64,000 nt of DNA from an uncultured Candidatus Saccharibacteria bacterium. GTDB taxonomy: Bacteria; Patescibacteriota; Minisyncoccia; 2-02-FULL-40-12; GWA2-44-9. A model generated the notes under the pieces. The model was not told the origin of the DNA. It made no database searches and was given only the letters and a program-made list of their open reading frames with translations. Made by a program: the position numbers and the translations under genes. Position 1 is the stretch's first letter, and the number at the start of each line of letters is the position of its first letter. The stretch spans positions 31,630 to 95,629 of the forward strand of contig CAYZRE010000001.1 in the NCBI GenBank assembly GCA_964479835.1, read 5' to 3'. Below are positions 57,697-64,000 of the stretch, piece by piece.

Positions 57697-58719
57697 ATGG
57701 CAGTCAACGAATTCAGAAAAGATCTCGTCTCGGGCGAATGGGTGCTCATCTCCAGCTTGCGCGCCAAGCGACCGCATGACGGACAGCGCGAACGCCTCAT
57801 GCAAACGAAAGAGGGATGCGTCTTTGAGCCTGCGCGCATGAGTGACCAGTCCCCGCCATTGTATGTATACGACAACGGAAAGCCGATAAGTTGGCACGGC
57901 GACTGGGACGGGTCGTGGACCACCGCGGTCATTGGAAACAAATTTCCCGCGTTACAACCCGGTGTCTGCGGAGTACCCACGCAGGTCGGGCCGTATTTGA
58001 CGCAGGAGGCGAATGGTTTTCATGAATTGGTGATTACGCGTGACCACGACGCGCACTTCGCACAGTTCACTGATGCGCAAACGCAGGAGGTTCTGCAGGT
58101 GTATCGTGACCGATACGCGGAAATCTCAAAAGATGACTGCGGCGACTATATCAGTATTTTCCACAATCATGGGCGTGCGGCGGGTGCCAGTGTTTCCCAC
58201 AATCATTCGCAAATTATTTCTACCCCCATCGTACCGCCAGAGGTTGTCCGTTCACTCAAAGGATCCAACGAATACATGAAGCAGCATGGCGTACCGGTGC
58301 ATCAGGCAATGATTGAATGGGAGCTACGAGAAAATAAACGCATCGTGTACGAGAATGAGCAATTCATCGCGTTTTGTCCGTTTGTCTCCAAGGCAGGATA
58401 TGAGATGCGCATCTTTCCCAAGCGTCAGACACCGCAGTTCGAGTTGTCCGATGACGCCACACTTCTGCAGTGCGCCAACGCTCTGAATGTCGTGCTTCGC
58501 AAGCTGTACGTTGCACTGGACGATGTGGACTACAACTTTTATATCCATACCGCACCGGTTCTGCGTGATTCGCTTATTGACTATGATTTTTATCACTGGC
58601 ATATCGGGATTGTGCCGCGTATCCCGATAGCCGCCGGATTTGAGCTGTCTACCGCAATCTATATCAACGCGTTTGATCCCGATGACTGTGCGAAGCACTT
58701 GCGGGAAACGAAAGTATGA
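57697..58719 (+). CDS. galT: galactose-1-phosphate uridylyltransferase (GalT-like HIT protein)
   Basis: R.D..SGEWV..R.KRP, NKFPAL, NHG..AGAS..HNHSQ and HWH motifs. Confidence 0.88.
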   Translation: MAVNEFRKDLVSGEWVLISSLRAKRPHDGQRERLMQTKEGCVFEPARMSDQSPPLYVYDNGKPISWHGDWDGSWTTAVIGNKFPALQPGVCGVPTQVGPYLTQEANGFHELVITRDHDAHFAQFTDAQTQEVLQVYRDRYAEISKDDCGDYISIFHNHGRAAGASVSHNHSQIISTPIVPPEVVRSLKGSNEYMKQHGVPVHQAMIEWELRENKRIVYENEQFIAFCPFVSKAGYEMRIFPKRQTPQFELSDDATLLQCANALNVVLRKLYVALDDVDYNFYIHTAPVLRDSLIDYDFYHWHIGIVPRIPIAAGFELSTAIYINAFDPDDCAKHLRETKV

Positions 58720-59495
58720 AGAAGCTCGTCGTCGCGAACTGGAAGATGAATCCGCGGACTCTTGCCGAGGCGCAGGATATTGTCGCGAAAATTGATGAAC
58801 ATGTCCGTGGGCTTGGCTCGGGGGCGCAACAACTGGATGTCGTGGTATGCCCGCCCTTTGTTTTTTTAGAAGATGTCTCTTCGATATTGGGTGAAGGAAT
58901 GCTGTCGGGTGTCGCAATGCTTGGCGCGCAAGACATAGCGGCGCGCGATGATGCCGCGCAGACGGGCGAGGTAAGTGGCCCACAGCTGGCAAAGCTCGGC
59001 GTGCGGTATGTGATTGTCGGCCACAGTGACCGACGGTATAAACTAGGAGAAAGTGACGAGATGGTGAACGCGAAGCTGCAGGCTGCGCTACGCAACGGAC
59101 TGGTGCCCATCGTCTGTGTGGGCGAACGCTCGCGCGACGGCGCATGGCAAGATGCGCTGAAGGCGCAAGTGGCCGCAACGCTCCGAGGACTGACGCCAGG
59201 GCAGGTCAGCCAGTGCCTTATCGCCTACGAGCCCGTCTGGGCCATTAGCACCAGTCCCGATGCCAGGCCCGACACGCCTGCCGGCGCCGTGCTGTCTATG
59301 GAGCTTATCCGCGAGGCGTTGGCCGATCATTTTGATGTAGCGCAGCACGCGTTCCTCTACGGTGGTTCGGTGACGCCCACGAACGCACAGGATTTTCTGG
59401 AGCGTTCGGAAATCGGGGGAGTGCTCGTCGGTGGCGCCAGCGTCCGCCCCGAGGACTTTTGTACTATTCTTTCCATTACCAGCCGTCACGCATGA
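58716..59495 (+). CDS. tpiA: triosephosphate isomerase
   Basis: ANWKMN, GHSDRR, AYEPVWAI, YGGSV and LVGGAS motifs. Confidence 0.97.
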   Translation: MKKLVVANWKMNPRTLAEAQDIVAKIDEHVRGLGSGAQQLDVVVCPPFVFLEDVSSILGEGMLSGVAMLGAQDIAARDDAAQTGEVSGPQLAKLGVRYVIVGHSDRRYKLGESDEMVNAKLQAALRNGLVPIVCVGERSRDGAWQDALKAQVAATLRGLTPGQVSQCLIAYEPVWAISTSPDARPDTPAGAVLSMELIREALADHFDVAQHAFLYGGSVTPTNAQDFLERSEIGGVLVGGASVRPEDFCTILSITSRHA

Positions 59496-60544
59496 AGATT
59501 ATAGACCAACTCGAAAACCTGGAAGGCAAAAAAGTGCTGTTGCGTGCGGATTTCGATGTGCCGGTCATAAACGGCTCAATCGGTGAGCCGTTCCGGATCC
59601 AGCGCCAGAGGGAGAATTTACGCTATCTTCTCGATCATGGAGCGCGCGTGACCATAGCGGCGCACATCAGCGCTGTGCCCAGCTTCGAACCGCTCGTGCC
59701 CCAGCTGGAGAAGATTCTTGGTGTCGACATCCAATTCGAGAACGGTGACGGCCCCGTGGTTCTGCGGGAGAATTTGCGAGCTGACCCCGGCGAAGAAAAC
59801 AATAATGAAGCGTTCGCACAAAAGTTAGTGGCCGGGTGTGATATCTACGTGAACAACGCGTTCGCGGTCTGCCATCGTGAGCATGCATCCGTTGTGACGG
59901 CGCCGATGATGATTCCCGCCTACGCCGGTCTGCTGGTGAAAGAAGAGACGGAGACGCTTTCGCAGTTTATTGACGCGCCCGCGCACGGTAAGGTGGTATT
60001 TATCGCCGGCGCCAAGGGAAGTACAAAAGCTCCGGTCGTCCGGCATATTATCGGGAAGGTACAGCAGGTGGTCGTGGGCGGGGTATTGGCCAACGATATA
60101 CTCAAAGCACTGGGCCGTGATGTCGGCAGTTCACAAGTGGATGAGAACGCACATGAGCTTTTAGCGGGGCTGGACCTGCATGATCCGCGCCTGGTGATAC
60201 CGACCGATGCGATTATCGACAACGGTCAGATGGTCGATATCGGTCCGCAGACGACGACCGCATTCACGGCACTGGCGGCATCCGCATCTCTGATTGTGTG
60301 GAACGGCCCCATGGGGCGTTATGAGGATGCGCGGTTCATGGCCGGGACCGAAGCGATCGCTCGCGCTATTACATCAAGCGGGGCACTATCGATTGTCGGA
60401 GGCGGGGACACTATCTCCGCGGTTGATTCACTCGGCTTGTTGGATAAATTCAAATTCGTCTCAACCGGCGGGGGAGCGATGCTCGCATTCCTTGCGGGCA
60501 CACAACTGCCCGGCCTCAGGGTGCTCGGGTATTACCATGACTAA
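59492..60544 (+). CDS. pgk: phosphoglycerate kinase
   Basis: R.DFDVP, ENLR, HR.HAS, WNGPMG, GGGDT and STGGGA motifs. Confidence 0.95.
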   Translation: MKIIDQLENLEGKKVLLRADFDVPVINGSIGEPFRIQRQRENLRYLLDHGARVTIAAHISAVPSFEPLVPQLEKILGVDIQFENGDGPVVLRENLRADPGEENNNEAFAQKLVAGCDIYVNNAFAVCHREHASVVTAPMMIPAYAGLLVKEETETLSQFIDAPAHGKVVFIAGAKGSTKAPVVRHIIGKVQQVVVGGVLANDILKALGRDVGSSQVDENAHELLAGLDLHDPRLVIPTDAIIDNGQMVDIGPQTTTAFTALAASASLIVWNGPMGRYEDARFMAGTEAIARAITSSGALSIVGGGDTISAVDSLGLLDKFKFVSTGGGAMLAFLAGTQLPGLRVLGYYHD

Positions 60545-61427
60545 ATTTATCGAGCACCGTTCAGCCCGCCGCGCCGCCTCAAAAGATATCGTGGTTCTTT
60601 ATCATGCGGAATGCACCGACGGTTTTGGCGCAGCATGGGCAGCCTACGAAACGCTCGGCACCACGGCTGATTATCATCCCGTTGTGTATCAAGTACCACC
60701 ACCTGATGGGCTCGTAGGGAAGACAATCTATACGCTCGATTTCACCTATTCGCGTCCTGTGATGGAAAAACTCATCCGTGACAATAAGCAAGTTACCGCA
60801 CTGGACCATCACGTTACGGCACGCGAGACAACTGAACTGACCCACGACTTTCGGTATGCCCTGGACCATTCGGGTGCGATGCTTGCGTGGGAGTACTTTC
60901 ATCCCGGCGTTCCTCCTCCGTATCTCATTCGCATTATTGAGGACACTGACCTTCATCGGTTCGCTATCCCGGATTCCGTGACATTAAGCGATTGGCTAGA
61001 TCAATTTGATTTTGAGTTCAAGCTCTACTCAAAAATAGCCCGGACATTGGATTCCGCATCAGGTGTCCGACGCGCGCTTCTCCAAGGAGTCGCTATTCGG
61101 GCATATCGTGAGAAACTTGTGGAACGAATGGTGAAGAATACTTCATACGAAGTCGATTTTTCCGGATACCGGGTATTAGCGGTTACTGCGGAACAATTTC
61201 ATTCCGAAATTGGCAACGAGCTTGCCAAAGGCCACCCGTTTGGCGTTACCTGGCGCGTACGGCGCGACGGCGTTTGTGTCTCGCTTCGTTCGACGCCGGG
61301 GGGTATCAATGTTGCCGAGATTGCGCTTCGCTATGGCGGAGGTGGACATGAACATGCTGCGGGTTTTACGGTACCCACACTCGACGACCTGCCGTTTGTG
61401 GCAGTACACTCATCTGACGAACAATGA
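60537..61427 (+). CDS. DHH/DHHA1 phosphoesterase (nanoRNase-like)
   Basis: YH..C.DG, LDF, DHH and SLRS...GGGGH..AAG motifs. Confidence 0.9.
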   Translation: MTKFIEHRSARRAASKDIVVLYHAECTDGFGAAWAAYETLGTTADYHPVVYQVPPPDGLVGKTIYTLDFTYSRPVMEKLIRDNKQVTALDHHVTARETTELTHDFRYALDHSGAMLAWEYFHPGVPPPYLIRIIEDTDLHRFAIPDSVTLSDWLDQFDFEFKLYSKIARTLDSASGVRRALLQGVAIRAYREKLVERMVKNTSYEVDFSGYRVLAVTAEQFHSEIGNELAKGHPFGVTWRVRRDGVCVSLRSTPGGINVAEIALRYGGGGHEHAAGFTVPTLDDLPFVAVHSSDEQ

Positions 61428-61867
61428 ATGTTTCCGTGTACACAATTTACACCGACGGCGGCTCACGCGGTAATCCCGGGCCTGCCGCATCAGGGTATGT
61501 CATCGAAGGGCCCGGCATGCGGCGTACGGAACAGGGCCATTATTTGGGAGTGGAAACGAACAATGTCGCCGAGTATTCGGCGGCTATTTTGGCACTGAAC
61601 AAATTGAAAACACTTATCGGAATGGAACGCGCCCGCTCGGCCCATGTTCGTATCATGTCTGATAGCGAGTTGCTGGTTCGACAAGTAAACGGGGAGTATA
61701 AGGTCAAAGATGCGGAACTCAAAAAACTATTTGTTGATCTGTACAACGCCCGGCAGGATTTCGCCAAGGTCACTTTCACGCATGTCCGCCGTGAACACAA
61801 CAAAGATGCCGACCGCATGGTCAACGAAGCGCTGGACCGTCAGGACTCTCCGAAACTCGAGCTGTAG
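61424..61867 (+). CDS. rnhA: ribonuclease HI
   Basis: YTDGGSRGNPG, TNN.AEY, DSEL and N..AD motifs. Confidence 0.95.
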   Translation: MNVSVYTIYTDGGSRGNPGPAASGYVIEGPGMRRTEQGHYLGVETNNVAEYSAAILALNKLKTLIGMERARSAHVRIMSDSELLVRQVNGEYKVKDAELKKLFVDLYNARQDFAKVTFTHVRREHNKDADRMVNEALDRQDSPKLEL

Positions 61868-61882
61868 TATAATAGAACTACT

Positions 61883-62647
61883 ATGAGCAGTCCGGAAACG
61901 ATTGAATTAGATATTAAGGAACAAGAGCGCACACTGGAAGCCCTGCAAACCGAGGAGCGGTCTGGCAGAAGCCTGCTTTCGCCCGAGCGCCTGCGTGTCA
62001 TGGGGGAGGCGCTCGAGGACAAAAAGCGCCACCTGGAAGAATTTAAACAGCGGCCGGGTGAAACTCCGAAGCTCTCACTTGAGCTCTATGATGAGCGGGT
62101 CCGCGATATTCTTACGGAAGTTGTTTCCCTTCAGGAAGTATTCGGATTTGTGCTCAAAAAAGGGCTGACGAAGAAAAAACTCCAGATGCTCCACGATGGT
62201 TTGGACGCTGCGCAAGATAAACTCCAGGAACTCGATGGTCAGACCGAAGATGCCGCGCGTTCCAAGGAGCGGCGAGCTCTGATGGGACTCATGGATAAAC
62301 TGCGAACCGACTATCCGGCAACTTTGCGGCAAATCGGGGAGCTCTCGGCCGTTCGCGACCTCCACCGCAGAGTTCGAGCAGCGTACACTTCGGTTCAGCA
62401 CACGCTCACCGTGGACCAGCGTCGCGAGATGCGCAAACAAATCGCCTCGTTATCATCGTTGGTTCGGCGTGCTGAAGATGAGCGACTGGCAGGAGTGAGC
62501 GCGGCCGTCTTTGCAGCGGTATCTCACGCCACAGAGCATGCTCCTGCCGTTGCACATGCCGCGGTCGCCAATATCCCAAAACAGATGCCGGTAACCGCCA
62601 AGAAAAGTCCGCTGGCAATGTTTGCCGCGGCATTCCGATTGAAGTAG
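61883..62647 (+). CDS. hypothetical coiled-coil protein
   Basis: 254 aa, helical E/K/R/L-rich. Confidence 0.75.
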   Translation: MSSPETIELDIKEQERTLEALQTEERSGRSLLSPERLRVMGEALEDKKRHLEEFKQRPGETPKLSLELYDERVRDILTEVVSLQEVFGFVLKKGLTKKKLQMLHDGLDAAQDKLQELDGQTEDAARSKERRALMGLMDKLRTDYPATLRQIGELSAVRDLHRRVRAAYTSVQHTLTVDQRREMRKQIASLSSLVRRAEDERLAGVSAAVFAAVSHATEHAPAVAHAAVANIPKQMPVTAKKSPLAMFAAAFRLK

Positions 62648-62715
62648 TTTAGGAAGATTATCTATCCACAGATGATGTGCGACCCCGCTGTCAGAGCGGG
62701 GTATACTGTATCCAT

Positions 62716-63009
62716 ATGCCAGACGAACCGGCAGGTCAGGATGTGGCCGCACACGCGCAGGCATTAGGTGCTGATATTTTGGCGAAACTTGACGAACTGA
62801 CACAACAGCCGACACCGGCCGAAAGCGTCCCGGCCGGTGTGACACTGGAGGAGCGCAAGCGGCTTGCACAGCAGGCCGTCGACAAGATGGATGCCATCGT
62901 CGCCCGCTTTCTTGCGCAGGTAGAAGTACAACAGACCGCAGGACAAGAAGCACAGGCGGCCAGCGCGCAGGGAGAGATAGCACGCATCAAAGCGAGCATC
63001 GGTGCATAA
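62716..63009 (+). CDS. small helical hypothetical protein
   Basis: ATG 8 nt after TATACT; Ala/Gln-rich. Confidence 0.7.
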   Translation: MPDEPAGQDVAAHAQALGADILAKLDELTQQPTPAESVPAGVTLEERKRLAQQAVDKMDAIVARFLAQVEVQQTAGQEAQAASAQGEIARIKASIGA

Positions 63010-63013
63010 TGGC

Positions 63014-64000
63014 ATGACCAATACTATCCTTGAAGAACTCGAAATCCCGCGGCCGCCCTATCGCATGGCGCGTCCTGTCGCGTCGCTTGCAGTTGCCGAT
63101 GCACTTCCCGCACACCGAGCAGATACCATGAGCCCGGAAGCGTTACAGAGAGAATTCGCAGCTGCGCTCCCCGAACCAAAGCCCGAAGAGAAACCCGCAT
63201 CGCCCGAAGCGATTGACTCATCTGTTGATGATGCTAAACAAAAAGCCGAACAGCGTATTGTCGCTGTCCCGTCGCCGGACGTTAAAGCGAAAAATGATGC
63301 GAAGGGTAAGATAGAAGATGTTCGTGCCGAATATCACGCACAGGTGTCGCTAAGAGAGGGTCGTACCCCGGAGCAAGCGTCGGCAGAGTTTCGAGGCGAG
63401 GGGAAAGCTCTTAATTCAATTGAAGATGAATACGAAAGCACTGAAGCTGCTTTGCGGCGCGCAGAAACTGCTAAAAATCCACAAGAAGTAGAGCGTCTCA
63501 CAAAAGAAGCAAAACAATACAGCGATGTGATTGAACGCAAGGCGGCTGCCGAGGCCGCGCTTTCCGCAAAGCCCGAATCCGCACCGACGCCGGCAGGCAG
63601 CGGGGACGGTGCGCACGCGGGCGATATCATCACTGAAGGAAAGACGCGTGCGCGCGTTCTGGAGGTTGATGCCAAAGGCAGGCCCACGCGACTGGAAGTG
63701 ATTGAGGAGCCGCAACCCGAACCGGTTTCCGGCGAACCGATCCAAACTCCGTCGGGAAGACTCGGTGAATTTGGATTTGGCATGCAATTGACTCCGGAGC
63801 AACAGGCAGCACTGCGGGCGGCAAAGCCATCAGAAAAAGCGCCGACGCCCGAAAGTCCCGGCGAGCGTCAGCTGCAGGAAGAACGCGCCCGCAAAGAAGA
63901 TATTGCATTTAAAGGCGCCGTAACCCGAGCGCAAACAGAAGCGATTAAGAAAAATGAGGTACAAGAACAAGAGGGAAAGGCGGCTCGTGCCCCGCGCACA
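63014..64000 (+). CDS. large low-complexity Ala/Glu/Pro-rich protein, truncated by the window end
   Basis: Frame MTNTILEELEIPRPPYR... stays open to position 64000; missing from the ORF track because it has no stop. Confidence 0.75.
   Translation, partial: MTNTILEELEIPRPPYRMARPVASLAVADALPAHRADTMSPEALQREFAAALPEPKPEEKPASPEAIDSSVDDAKQKAEQRIVAVPSPDVKAKNDAKGKIEDVRAEYHAQVSLREGRTPEQASAEFRGEGKALNSIEDEYESTEAALRRAETAKNPQEVERLTKEAKQYSDVIERKAAAEAALSAKPESAPTPAGSGDGAHAGDIITEGKTRARVLEVDAKGRPTRLEVIEEPQPEPVSGEPIQTPSGRLGEFGFGMQLTPEQQAALRAAKPSEKAPTPESPGERQLQEERARKEDIAFKGAVTRAQTEAIKKNEVQEQEGKAARAPRT

Noticed and set aside
57697-59495. Motif variants HNHSQ in GalT and GHSDRR in TpiA
   Set aside because: The catalytic His/Glu/Lys residues are retained; minor variation, not evidence of a new function.

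Overview
This looks like a gene-dense chromosomal segment of a Patescibacteria (CPR, Parcubacteria-like) bacterium using the standard bacterial code. The lineage is inferred from an N-terminally shortened IF2, a single-chain PheRS, an alpha2 GlyRS, a type-2 IleRS with an inserted domain and the absence of rplA after rplK. The window holds a comF-type IV pilus/competence locus, many translation genes (infB, gatC/gatA, gatB, ileS, glyQS, PheRS, thrS, miaA, tsaC, rplK, rpmF, rpsP) and replication/repair genes (ligA, recO, gyrB, dnaE, parA/parB, topA, dprA, rnhA). It also has nusG/nusB/rnc/secE, rel, a galT-tpiA-pgk block, six tRNA genes with normal cloverleafs and several small ORFan cassettes. 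The most unusual signals are non-coding: (1) a separately transcribed non-canonical tRNA-Cys-like gene with an 8-nt anticodon loop, a 7+6 bp acceptor/T branch and encoded CCA; (2) a tRNA-Ser with the normally avoided ACU anticodon; (3) two orphan promoter-RNA-terminator units, a ~77-nt stem RNA and an 11-codon Pro-rich micro-ORF; (4) several palindromic repeat families, some with compensatory base changes and some sitting in frame inside MiaA, GatB and GyrB, plus a 7-nt tandem repeat in TopA. All calls were made by eye; no searches were run.
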